In this document: positions 17,816 to 26,131 of the stretch, piece by piece | Layout: every line of letters begins with the position of its first letter | Numbering within the stretch: the stretch's first letter is position 1 | Origin: Erysipelotrichaceae bacterium | GTDB lineage: Bacteria > Bacillota_I > Bacilli_A > Erysipelotrichales > Coprobacillaceae | Assembly: GCA_028698185.1 (NCBI GenBank) | Contig: JAQVDW010000019.1 | Location: 3,459-35,458, forward strand | Reading direction: 5' to 3' | Length of the DNA stretch: 32,000 bases | Translations under genes and position numbers: made by a program | The notes under the pieces: model-generated | What the model saw: the letters and a program-made list of their open reading frames with translations, nothing else | What the model was told of the DNA's origin: nothing | The model's database searches: none

Positions 17816-18730
17816 ATGGATTTCAACCAAGTATATCAGGATTTAGTAAACTTAAATGTCGGCCAGGTCATCAAGGATGAGCCGATGTACAAACACACAA
17901 CCCTTAGAGTAGGTGGTCCTTGCGCCATCTTCATCAATGTCAACACCCAGGACGGTCTGATCGCGGCTTTGAAATATGTCAACAAGCACCATCTCAAGTC
18001 GATGGTCATCGGCAAGGGCAGCAATCTTCTATTCAGTGACGGCCTTTACCAAGGGGTGATCATCTGTCTTGCCGAGGGTTTCAACTACACCCATTACAAT
18101 GGTTGCACCGTCACCGCGGGGGCCGGAGTTTCGATGATCAAGCTAGCCTACCAGGCCGCAAACGCGGGGCTTAGCGGTTTCGAGTTCATGTCGGGGATTC
18201 CCGGAACGATTGGCGGGGGGGTCTACATGAATGCCGGAGCCTACAAGTACGACATGGCTTCGGTTGTCAAGAGTGTCAAGATTCTCAATGAAAAATACCA
18301 GACCGTGACACTGACGAACAACCAGATGGAGTTTGGCTATCGGACATCGATTCTCCAGCGCAATCCCCGTTGGGTTGTCCTCGAGGTTGTCTTTGAACTG
18401 AGCCCATCGGATCCCAAATTCATCAATGAGGTGATCGACAAGCGCAAGGAAAAAAGGATGACGACCCAACCATGGAACAAGCCAAGTGCGGGGTCGATTT
18501 TCCAGAATCCGTCCATGGCTCCGGCCTGGAAGCTGATTGAAGATTGCGATCTCAGGGGTCGGGAAATCGGCGGGGCCCAGGTGAGCCTGAAGCATTGCAA
18601 CTTCATCGTCAACAACGGCTATGCCTCGGCCAAGGACATCTACGACCTGATCGAACTGGTCAAAGAAGAGGTCAAAAAGCAGCACGACATCGAACTGCAT
18701 CAGGAAGTGAAATACGTGAATTGGGAGTAG
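17816..18730 (+). CDS. murB: UDP-N-acetylenolpyruvoylglucosamine reductase
   Basis: 304 aa. FAD-binding HTTLRVGGP, GKGSNLL, GIPGTIGGGVYMNAGAY and SAGSIFQNP motifs. Confidence 0.93.
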   Translation: MDFNQVYQDLVNLNVGQVIKDEPMYKHTTLRVGGPCAIFINVNTQDGLIAALKYVNKHHLKSMVIGKGSNLLFSDGLYQGVIICLAEGFNYTHYNGCTVTAGAGVSMIKLAYQAANAGLSGFEFMSGIPGTIGGGVYMNAGAYKYDMASVVKSVKILNEKYQTVTLTNNQMEFGYRTSILQRNPRWVVLEVVFELSPSDPKFINEVIDKRKEKRMTTQPWNKPSAGSIFQNPSMAPAWKLIEDCDLRGREIGGAQVSLKHCNFIVNNGYASAKDIYDLIELVKEEVKKQHDIELHQEVKYVNWE

Positions 18731-18734
18731 TCTT

Positions 18735-19490
18735 ATGGCAAAAAAAACAGTAGTCTTCAACGAATATGACGAAAATCAAAGTCTCCTTCTGGCCAAGAAA
18801 CAAAAGGCCAAGCGGCGCGCCCGGGCAACAAAAAGGCTGACTGCTTTAATTTTGCTTGTTTTGACTGTTTTTTACTTTGGTTCGGATTATTCAAAAATAA
18901 TGACAATCGCAATAGCCAACAATGAGTTCATCTCGCAAGAAACGATTGTGGAATTGACCCAGGTCAAGACCAAGGGAAGCTTCATGTTGTTCACAAAGAG
19001 CGCCAAGGTCGAGACCGACCTGATGGCCAGCGGCTATTTTGACAGCGTTTCTGTAAGCAAAGGCTGGGACCGCTCGCTTAAGGTTGCGGTGACCCCGACG
19101 CCATTGATCGCCTACTGCGCCAATGAGCAGGGCTTTCTGGCGGTCAACGAGTCAGGCAAGGTCTGCCAGATATCCGGTGATTTTTCTGGCCTGGTGGCGA
19201 CTTTGCCGGTGCTTCATGACTTCACTGACGAGATCATGGCGCAGTTCGCGGCTGAATATGCAAAAATCCCGTCACAGGTACGCCTCCAGGTTTCGGATGT
19301 CTATTTCAAGCCGGCAGCCGGGGATGACCTGCGCTGTCAGTTCAATATGGACGACGGCAAAATATTGTATCTGCGGATCGATAAGATGGCCAGCCAGCTG
19401 GCAAACAACAACTACATAATCCTCGTCTACAATTACGGCGATTACAAGTATTTCGATTTTCTTGGTGAATATGTCTATCGCAGCAAATAA
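18735..19490 (+). CDS. divIB: Cell division protein DivIB/FtsQ (single TM plus POTRA-like domain)
   Basis: 251 aa. Basic N-terminus, one TM (LTALILLVLTVFYF), then a POTRA-like region (ISQETIVELTQVKTKGSFMLF). It occupies the position between murB and ftsA. Confidence 0.8.
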   Translation: MAKKTVVFNEYDENQSLLLAKKQKAKRRARATKRLTALILLVLTVFYFGSDYSKIMTIAIANNEFISQETIVELTQVKTKGSFMLFTKSAKVETDLMASGYFDSVSVSKGWDRSLKVAVTPTPLIAYCANEQGFLAVNESGKVCQISGDFSGLVATLPVLHDFTDEIMAQFAAEYAKIPSQVRLQVSDVYFKPAAGDDLRCQFNMDDGKILYLRIDKMASQLANNNYIILVYNYGDYKYFDFLGEYVYRSK

Positions 19491-19503
19491 AAACCCTCGT
19501 TTT

Positions 19504-20046
19504 TCAGAAGGTTTTTTTTGTTTTTATGCAATTGGGGAAAAGCTTCTTGTTCAAATATGTCAATACCGCCTCGAACCTCCGATAAGTCAGGAACATGAAA
19601 CAGAATGTCAGGGCGAACTGGCCTAGTGAAACCTGAAGGCCTAGAAGCATGTAGAGCAGGGTCACCTGTTTGGAAAAAATGATGAATGGAAGCTGCAAGA
19701 GCTGGCCGGTGGCAAAGGAGAACAGGCCGCTGACCAGGCAGAGAATGAGAAAGTGCCTTTTTAAAATTGGCCTGGTGGCCCCGATAATCAGGGAATAGGC
19801 GGGATAGATGAAAAAATACATGCTGCCCCATGGGGTTATCCCGGTGGTGAGCAGGTAGACGCTTCCGAAGATAAGCGACCCTAAAAACGCATCCCGGGTC
19901 GAAAAAACCATGGCGAAACATACGGTTATGCTCGTGATGACTTCAAGGTAGGGGATAAACGAGAACGACATGAAGCTTACATATTGGACACAACCCAAAA
20001 TGGCGATCAGTGCCATTTTTTTTGTGGTAAGATATCTGTTTGACAT
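19504..20046 (-). CDS. Small polytopic membrane protein, ECF-transporter S-component-like; putative cobalamin-specific (CbrT-like) because of its riboswitch
   Basis: Start moved to the ATG at 20046 (AAGGAG 7 nt upstream). About 180 aa with 5-6 predicted TM segments. The N-terminus ..LTTKKMALIAILGCVQYVSF resembles ECF S components. A cobalamin riboswitch directly precedes it. No ecfA/ecfT genes are adjacent. Confidence 0.55.
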   Translation of the reverse strand: MSNRYLTTKKMALIAILGCVQYVSFMSFSFIPYLEVITSITVCFAMVFSTRDAFLGSLIFGSVYLLTTGITPWGSMYFFIYPAYSLIIGATRPILKRHFLILCLVSGLFSFATGQLLQLPFIIFSKQVTLLYMLLGLQVSLGQFALTFCFMFLTYRRFEAVLTYLNKKLFPNCIKTKKTF

Positions 20047-20059
20047 ATTTGACTCCTTT

Positions 20060-20210
20060 ACTATTTGCCAAGGCGCCAGAAAACAGCCGCCCTTTCTCAA
20101 CCAAAAGACGTTGAATTGACAAAGTTCCTGACTTGAAGCTAGGCTTCTTACAGTAGTGTGAGCTGCTCCGGACTTTCACCGGATTCCTTTTTGCCATCCA
20201 AGGCAGTCAA
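20060..20210 (-). promoter_or_regulatory. Cobalamin (B12) riboswitch
   Basis: The minus strand reads ..GGCAAAAAGGAATCCGGTGAAAGTCCGGAGCAGCTCACACTACTGTAAGAAGCC..CAAGTCAGGAACTTTGTC.. This matches the conserved cobalamin core (AGGGAA-like, GGTGAAAnTCC flanked by pairing TCC/GGA, GCnG..C-ACTGTAA, AGTCAGGAnAC). It looks like the short class without the GCCACTG extension. It lies in the 5' UTR of the membrane-protein gene. Confidence 0.72.
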
Positions 20211-20224
20211 TCAAATTCAAATCA

Positions 20225-20253
20225 ATTGTATTACATATCCGATGGCATTTCAA
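20225..20253 (-). promoter_or_regulatory. Promoter of the riboswitch/ECF-S cassette
   Basis: Minus strand TTGAAA (20253-20248), 17-nt spacer, TACAAT (20230-20225). Confidence 0.6.
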
Positions 20254-20437
20254 ACATTAAAAAATACAAGCGGTTTCCTGGTGCTCCTACGGTTATTGGA
20301 TATTTGTGATTTTATCGGCATAAGTATTTTAAAAGTGTTTAAAAAGAAAATAAAATATGCTAAGATTAGATAGTATAATACGTTCAGCGGTATGTAGAAC
20401 AACATTATCCAAATAAGCTTTGTCAGGGGTGGAATAA

Positions 20438-21694
20438 ATGAGAAATATCTATGCTTTGTTAGACATAGGTAGTGCAACAATTAAGTTGGTTGTAGCCGAA
20501 GTTCTAGACACTAATGTCAATGTTTTATATGCAGACAAGACTGCGAGTCACGGCATTAGTAAAGGTTATGTGGCAAATGAAGAAATAGCTAGTGAAGATG
20601 TCAAGAAGATAGTCGCGAAAGCGAACGACTATCTGGGCACGACAATCGGCAGCGTTGCTTTGATAATTCCGACCATCGGTTCAAGGATTTACCAAAGTGA
20701 CAGTTCGATATCATTGTCCGATTCTGGCAGCAAGATCACAAGTAACGATATACGGCGGATCCTGGATCTGTCGGCCCGGTTCAAAAAAGAAGCTGATGAG
20801 GAACTGGTATCAGTCATCCCGATTTGCTTCCATCACGATCAAGGTTCCAACAACAAGGTTCCTCTTGACATCAAATCAAGAAACCTCGCGGTTGATTCCC
20901 TGGTGGTGACCAGTCCTAAGAAACTTCTCTATCCGTTTTTACGGGTAGTCGAATATGCCGGCCTGGATATCCTCGATGTTTCCATCAGCGCCTATGCATG
21001 CGCCTTGGAAGCTTTTGACGAGGCCTACATGAATGAAGGGTCGATCCTTGTCGATGTCGGTTTCAAGACTTCGACGATATCCTTTTACAAGGACGGGTAT
21101 CTCAAGTATCTTTCAGTCGTTCCGTATGGCGGCAATGATTTTACCCGGAATATTTATCAGAATTTTCAGATTTCACCTGAACAGGGAGAAACTTATAAAA
21201 TCAAGTATGGCAGTGTTTTTGACCGCCACTCCAAGGATGACATCGTCCACACCGTGGTGTATGACGATGAAAAGAAGGACTATTCCTTAGCCGACCTTCA
21301 TCTTCTCGATCGGGAAATCGCCAAGGCGATATTCACCAAAATCAAAGAGAAAGTCGAATTGATCGACCAGGGCAACAACTATGAGATCATCCTGGTAGGC
21401 GGGGGCAGCGAGCTCAAGCTCATTCCCGAGGTCGCCAGCCAGGTACTCAACGCCCCAGTGCGACTTTACCGGCCAGAGACAATCGGAGTCAGGGATATGG
21501 CTTATGTCTCTTGTTTGGGGATGATTTACTTCATGATCAACAAGGCGAAATACCAGGGGGGTTATGAACCGTCGCTGGTACTCGATGAGATAACAAACAC
21601 GATGTCCGTGCGCCTGAAGGGTTTGACTAGGAACAATCCGGCTCCTCAAAAGGGGGTCAACAAGATACTGGAAAATTTATTTAACGACGAATAA
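20438..21694 (+). CDS. ftsA: Cell division protein FtsA
   Basis: 418 aa. Actin-like ATPase (ALLDIGSATIKLVVAE, VDVGFKTSTIS, LVGGGSEL) with a C-terminal amphipathic tail (GVNKILENLF). Confidence 0.93.
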   Translation: MRNIYALLDIGSATIKLVVAEVLDTNVNVLYADKTASHGISKGYVANEEIASEDVKKIVAKANDYLGTTIGSVALIIPTIGSRIYQSDSSISLSDSGSKITSNDIRRILDLSARFKKEADEELVSVIPICFHHDQGSNNKVPLDIKSRNLAVDSLVVTSPKKLLYPFLRVVEYAGLDILDVSISAYACALEAFDEAYMNEGSILVDVGFKTSTISFYKDGYLKYLSVVPYGGNDFTRNIYQNFQISPEQGETYKIKYGSVFDRHSKDDIVHTVVYDDEKKDYSLADLHLLDREIAKAIFTKIKEKVELIDQGNNYEIILVGGGSELKLIPEVASQVLNAPVRLYRPETIGVRDMAYVSCLGMIYFMINKAKYQGGYEPSLVLDEITNTMSVRLKGLTRNNPAPQKGVNKILENLFNDE

Positions 21695-21709
21695 AGCGAG
21701 GAAACGAAG

Positions 21710-22774
21710 ATGGAAGAAAATTACGAACAAGTTGCAAAAATAAAGGTTATTGGTGTAGGCGGTGGCGGAAACAACGCCGTAAACCGCATGGTTGAAAACG
21801 GAGTACAAGGGGTTGAATTCTTCGTTGCGAATACGGACGTTCAGGTGCTGCGCCGCTCGAAAGTCGACAACAAGATCGCTCTTGGTGGCAAGATTACCAA
21901 AGGTCTTGGAGCCGGTGGAAATCCTGAAGTCGGGAAAAAAGCCGCAATGGAATCGGAAAACGATATCCGTGAAGTGCTCGACGGTGCGGACATGGTGTTC
22001 ATCGCTGCGGGAATGGGTGGCGGTACCGGAACCGGTGCGGCTCCGGTGTTTGCAAAAATCGCCAAAGAGATGGGTGCTTTGACAGTTGGTATTATCACCC
22101 GTCCTTTCAAGTTCGAAGGGAAACGCCGCAATCAGCTGGCTTTGGAAGGGATCGAGGAATTGCGCAAAAACGTTGATTCGATCATTGTTGTTGCAAATGA
22201 CCGCCTGTTGCAGTTGATCGGGGGTCGTCCGATGTCGGAAGCCTTCGGAGAAGCTGACAATGTGTTGCGCCAAGGGGTACAGACAATAACTGACCTTATC
22301 GCTATTCCGGCATTCATGAACCTGGATTTCGCCGACGTCTGCTCGGTAATGAAAGACAAGGGAAATGCCCTGATCGGAATCGGGATGGCATCAGGAGACA
22401 ACAAAGCCCGCGATGCCGCACAGGCCGCGATCGCTTCACCGTTGCTTGACGTATCGGTTGCCGGTGCCAAAGATGCAATCATCAACATCACAGGAGGACC
22501 GAACATTTCCCTGTTTGACGCGAATATCGCTTTGGAAACAATCACCGAGGAAGTCGGAGACGACATCAACACTTACCTGGGTGTGGCAATCAATGAAAAT
22601 CTCGATGACGAGGTTATCGTGACTGTGATCGCGACGGGATTCGAACAGTTCAAGGAAGAACCGGCTGGAAAAAAAGCGGTCAAGTTCGAAACTGATATCG
22701 AACCGGTGCGCAACCAGGTCCTGGAAGAAGAAGAGGATGAATTGCCAGGATTCATCAGAATGAGACGTTTATAA
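21710..22774 (+). CDS. ftsZ: Cell division protein FtsZ
   Basis: 354 aa. [13 protein letters not shown], tubulin signature [18 protein letters not shown], and the C-terminal peptide [12 protein letters not shown]. Confidence 0.97.
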   Translation: MEENYEQVAKIKVIGVGGGGNNAVNRMVENGVQGVEFFVANTDVQVLRRSKVDNKIALGGKITKGLGAGGNPEVGKKAAMESENDIREVLDGADMVFIAAGMGGGTGTGAAPVFAKIAKEMGALTVGIITRPFKFEGKRRNQLALEGIEELRKNVDSIIVVANDRLLQLIGGRPMSEAFGEADNVLRQGVQTITDLIAIPAFMNLDFADVCSVMKDKGNALIGIGMASGDNKARDAAQAAIASPLLDVSVAGAKDAIINITGGPNISLFDANIALETITEEVGDDINTYLGVAINENLDDEVIVTVIATGFEQFKEEPAGKKAVKFETDIEPVRNQVLEEEEDELPGFIRMRRL

Positions 22775-23562
22775 TGATGGCCCCAAAAATCGGATTTGTC
22801 GGGCTTGGCAACATGGCTTCGGCCCTGTTCGAGGGTCTGATCCAGGCTGGCGCCATCGATCCCGCCAACACCATCGGGTACGACATCGCGCAAAGTCAAG
22901 TTGACTATTTCCATGACAAATACGCGATGGTTCCGGCTTCTAGTGAGCTGGATGTTGCTACCTGGGCGGATATTGTCATCATGGGAGTCAAACCGGACAA
23001 GCTTGAAACGGTTATTGGAAAAATCAGGGAAGCGGCCAAAAACAAAACAATCGTTTCCATGGTCCTGGGTTACAATTTCGAGCGTTTCCATGCTCTTGTC
23101 GACCCGTCAACAGCGCACGTCACCATGATGCCCAACACACCAGTCAAGGTGTCCCAAGGAGTGATCCTGTTCGAACAGGAAAACAACCTTAAAGCGGAAG
23201 AACTTGAAGCTGTCGTTGAAATGTTCAGTAAAGTTGCCACAGTCAAGGTGCTGCCTGCAAGCATATTCAAGGGAGCCAGCGTTTTGACCGGATGCGGGCC
23301 GGCTTATGTCTACCAGATCATTGAGGCCTTGAGCGACGGCGTTGTCGAATTGGGGGTGCCTCGCGACTTGGCCTACGAGTTGGTAAGCCAGACCGTGCTT
23401 GGCAGCGCGATGATGCAAAAGGAAACCAAGCTTCATCCTGGAATCCTCAAAGACCAGGTTTGTTCGCCAGGAGGAATCACCATCAAAGGCGTCAACGCCT
23501 TGGAGAAAAACGGTTTAAGACATGCTTTGATCGAAGGAGTTAAAGCATCAAGCGGTAAGTAG
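22774..23562 (+). CDS. proC: Pyrroline-5-carboxylate reductase
   Basis: 262 aa. GFVGLGNMASAL Rossmann N-terminus, MPNTP, and a C-terminal SPGGITIKGV..LE motif. Its ATG shares one base with the ftsZ TAA (TAATG). Confidence 0.9.
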   Translation: MMAPKIGFVGLGNMASALFEGLIQAGAIDPANTIGYDIAQSQVDYFHDKYAMVPASSELDVATWADIVIMGVKPDKLETVIGKIREAAKNKTIVSMVLGYNFERFHALVDPSTAHVTMMPNTPVKVSQGVILFEQENNLKAEELEAVVEMFSKVATVKVLPASIFKGASVLTGCGPAYVYQIIEALSDGVVELGVPRDLAYELVSQTVLGSAMMQKETKLHPGILKDQVCSPGGITIKGVNALEKNGLRHALIEGVKASSGK

Positions 23563-23573
23563 GAGGAATAAAA

Positions 23574-24008
23574 ATGGGAATTAATGATCGTATCAGGGAT
23601 TTCTTTGTGGAGCCGGACGAGGAAGACGAATTCGGCGGCGCATACGAGGAAAAAAAGGAACCTGTGGAAGTTAAAAAAGTAGTGCAAAACGAGTTCGAAC
23701 AGCCTAAATCCACCAATAATTCAAGGAAGATCCAGAGCATCGATCCCCAAAGGGATGGTCATCTGGTCCTGTTCGAACCGCGTTCTTTCGATGAAACCCA
23801 GACTATTGCCAAGCTGCTAAAGGACAGCCGCTCGGCGGTGATCAATCTGCACCGTCTTTCAAAAGATGAAGCGAAACGTGTAACCATCTTTTTAAGCGGT
23901 GTTATCTATGCGATCGACGGTACGATTCAGGTTGTTGGAGAGAAGACTTACCTCTGCACTCCAAACAATATGAATGTGACCGGAGAAATCGTCCTGGACG
24001 AAGAGTAG
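23574..24008 (+). CDS. sepF: Cell division protein SepF (full-length: N-terminal amphipathic helix, acidic linker, DUF552 core)
   Basis: 144 aa. MGINDRIRDFFVEPDEEDE..., then LVLFEPRSFDETQTIAKLLKDSRSAVINLHRLSKDEAKRVTIFLSGVIYAIDGTIQVVGEKTYLCTPNN. This is collinear with my recollection of B. subtilis SepF. AGGAGG SD. Confidence 0.92.
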   Translation: MGINDRIRDFFVEPDEEDEFGGAYEEKKEPVEVKKVVQNEFEQPKSTNNSRKIQSIDPQRDGHLVLFEPRSFDETQTIAKLLKDSRSAVINLHRLSKDEAKRVTIFLSGVIYAIDGTIQVVGEKTYLCTPNNMNVTGEIVLDEE

Positions 24009-24018
24009 GAGTCAAATT

Positions 24019-24381
24019 ATGGCAAATCCAATCATAAACTTTTTCCTGGGCAACGATGACCAGGATGAAGAGTCAAATTCAAGAAATCACTTAGATAAGA
24101 AGGCTTATGAAGATAAAATCGATGCGGCCGTTGACGGGGATATTGTCTTTTTCAAACCTGAAGATTCTAACAGCACGCGCAAATTTGTCGATTATCTCAA
24201 AGCCGGACGCTCGATAATCATCAATATCACCAATCTTTTGCCTGAATCCAAAAGCGAAACCCTGACATTTGTCCAGGGAGCCCTGCTGGTGCTTGAAGGA
24301 CAAATGTTCGAAGTCGGTGTTGATATTTATTTGTGCACGCCAGCCCATATTGAAGTGGTGCGGCAATTAGGTCGATATTAA
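24019..24381 (+). CDS. Divergent SepF paralog (N-terminal amphipathic segment retained, core diverged)
   Basis: 120 aa. MANPIINFFLGNDDQDEE..., then IVFFKPEDSNSTRKFVDYLKAGRSIIINITNL...LTFVQGALLVLEGQMFEVGVDIYLCTPAH. Same architecture as SepF, with AGGAG SD. Confidence 0.75.
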   Translation: MANPIINFFLGNDDQDEESNSRNHLDKKAYEDKIDAAVDGDIVFFKPEDSNSTRKFVDYLKAGRSIIINITNLLPESKSETLTFVQGALLVLEGQMFEVGVDIYLCTPAHIEVVRQLGRY

Positions 24382-24393
24382 AAGGAGCAAGCT

Positions 24394-24672
24394 ATGGAAA
24401 CAAATATTACCGGAAGTAATGACGCGACTCTATTAGCCGGCGACTATATCATTTATCAGCCTAGAAGTTATGATGAAGTGATGGTCATTTCCGACTATCT
24501 AAAAAACGCCCAAAGCGTGATTGTTAACCTCGAGATGATCGATGAACAGACTTCAACATACCTGATCCATTTTTTAAGCGGGGTAATCTACGGCATTGAC
24601 GGGGAGATCCACAATCTGGGACTAAAGACGTATCTGTGCACTCCAAGCACGATCGTTGTCGGCGGTTTTTAA
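24394..24672 (+). CDS. Short SepF paralog (core domain only; no N-terminal membrane-targeting helix or linker)
   Basis: 92 aa. ..DYIIYQPRSYDEVMVISDYLKNAQSVIVNLEMIDEQTSTYLIHFLSGVIYGIDGEIHNLGLKTYLCTPST. Strong identity to the core of copy 1. AAGGAG SD. Confidence 0.85.
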   Translation: METNITGSNDATLLAGDYIIYQPRSYDEVMVISDYLKNAQSVIVNLEMIDEQTSTYLIHFLSGVIYGIDGEIHNLGLKTYLCTPSTIVVGGF

Positions 24673-24677
24673 TTCGG

Positions 24678-25433
24678 ATGGCCTATTTCAAAGGTGAAGA
24701 ACAGTTCATCAGCCAGATTCTCGATTTGAAAAACCAGGCGATTGACAATCAAAAAATTGTGCGGACCCTTTTTCTGGATCCGTACCACCAGAAGATTGTC
24801 GAGCAGCTGATCGGATCGAATCCTTCGCTCCAGGTCGGGACCTTTGGCGGCTTTGGCGAGTGCGAATACGCCCGGATGGTGATCGCGCCTAGCTTTTATG
24901 AGCTTGAACAGGATGACTACCTGGTCCAGGTGATCAGAATCTCTTATCCCGACCGCTTTCGCAAACTTGAACACCGGGATGTCCTGGGGGCGCTGATGTC
25001 GCTGGGGCTCAAGCGCGAGCTTTTTGGCGACATCTATGAAATCGACAGGGATTTCTATGTTGCCATCGACAAGCGTCAGGAACAGTATGTCATTTCCAAT
25101 CTCAAGAAGATTGCGATTTTCAGTGTCAAGATCCATCCGGTTGACGAAATCGTCGAAGGGGTCGTTGAATTCGAAAAGGAAGTGTTCTTTGTCTCGTCTT
25201 ACCGGCTTGACAAGATCATCGCGACATTGTTCAAGATCAACCGCTCATTGGCGGTTGATGCAATCGAATCCGGGATGGTCAAAGTTAATTACAAAACCGT
25301 TGAACAAATAAGTTTTTTATGCAATAATAACGATATAATATCCTTTAAAAAGCATGGCAAAGTTCGACTGAATTTTACCGAGCGGACCACGAAATCGAAC
25401 AATTTCGTGATCGAGGGATATTTTTATACCTGA
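24678..25433 (+). CDS. ylmH: YlmH-family RNA-binding protein (S4 domain)
   Basis: Start set at ATG 24678 (MAYFKGEEQFISQ..., cf. B. subtilis YlmH N-terminus). HRDVLGALMSLGLKRELFGDI and the C-terminal S4-like YRLDKIIATLFKINRSLAVDAIESGMVKVNY. Position between sepF and divIVA. The SD is weak. Confidence 0.85.
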   Translation: MAYFKGEEQFISQILDLKNQAIDNQKIVRTLFLDPYHQKIVEQLIGSNPSLQVGTFGGFGECEYARMVIAPSFYELEQDDYLVQVIRISYPDRFRKLEHRDVLGALMSLGLKRELFGDIYEIDRDFYVAIDKRQEQYVISNLKKIAIFSVKIHPVDEIVEGVVEFEKEVFFVSSYRLDKIIATLFKINRSLAVDAIESGMVKVNYKTVEQISFLCNNNDIISFKKHGKVRLNFTERTTKSNNFVIEGYFYT

Positions 25434-25446
25434 AAGGAAGAGTGGG

Positions 25447-25899
25447 ATGAAAGAGTTTCGCAACGCGCTTTTTGGCTATTCGAAAAGCGAAGTTAATCAA
25501 AAATTTAAGTCTTTAACCGATCAGATCAGCGATTACCAAAACCAGATTGAAACCCTTGAAAATTCCCTGCAAAGAAAACAAAACGAACTCGAGCAGGTCA
25601 ATTCCCAGCTTTCAAAGGCCCTGAACCGGGTCGATGTGCTTGAAAAGACCCAGGAACAGATTGCCCGCATGGCCTTGAAGGAAGCTTCGACGCTGATAAA
25701 CAAAGCCAAGCATAACGCGAATCTGATCTTGAGCGAGTCGTTGATGTACGTGCGCTCACTTTCGGGAGAAATGGATGATTTCAAAGAAAAAGCCGCTTCT
25801 TTTCGCAAGGCGGTCGTCAAGATGTCACAGGATATCCTGGATACCATTGACAATTCCGAACTTTTCACAATCATCGATGAAGACAAAAAAGAAAAATAA
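25447..25899 (+). CDS. divIVA: DivIVA-domain coiled-coil protein
   Basis: 150 aa. N-terminal F..ALFGYSKSEVNQKF (DivIVA-domain F-x-GY-x-x-EV pattern), then a heptad-rich coiled coil. Conserved position upstream of ileS. Confidence 0.7.
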   Translation: MKEFRNALFGYSKSEVNQKFKSLTDQISDYQNQIETLENSLQRKQNELEQVNSQLSKALNRVDVLEKTQEQIARMALKEASTLINKAKHNANLILSESLMYVRSLSGEMDDFKEKAASFRKAVVKMSQDILDTIDNSELFTIIDEDKKEK

Positions 25900-25904
25900 A
25901 TGCG

Positions 25905-26115
25905 TTGATAGAGACAGTTCGTTAGTGGCGTCTGCAGAGACCTAGTGGTTGGTGAAAACTAGGGGTTAAACTAATGATGAATCACTCTTGAGCAGCCCTT
26001 TGAATCGAGTAGGGGGAGCCGTTAGTCCCGTTAAGACTTCAAGCGAGTGTGCTTTCACACTAACTAAGGTGGTACCGCGATAATTCGTCCTTAATTTTTT
26101 AAGGACTTTTTTTAT
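25905..26115 (+). promoter_or_regulatory. T-box riboswitch leader, isoleucine-specific (specifier AUC)
   Basis: AGAGA..GGTGAAAA Stem I elements. GA-ATC-A at 25979-25984 (ATC at 25981-25983) follows the 3' Stem I strand. T-box motif AAGGTGGTACCGCG at 26066-26079. Terminator GTCCTTAA-tttt-TTAAGGAC plus T7 run (26087-26115). Confidence 0.88.
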
Positions 26116-26131
26116 TGGAGAGGAGAAACGA

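Noticed and set aside
19488-19520. Possible bidirectional terminator between convergent divIB and the ECF-S-like gene (AAAACC...GGTTTTTTTT)
   Set aside because: Only about 6 contiguous base pairs plus two more after a mismatch, and it overlaps the 3' end of the minus-strand ORF. Too weak to list as a feature.
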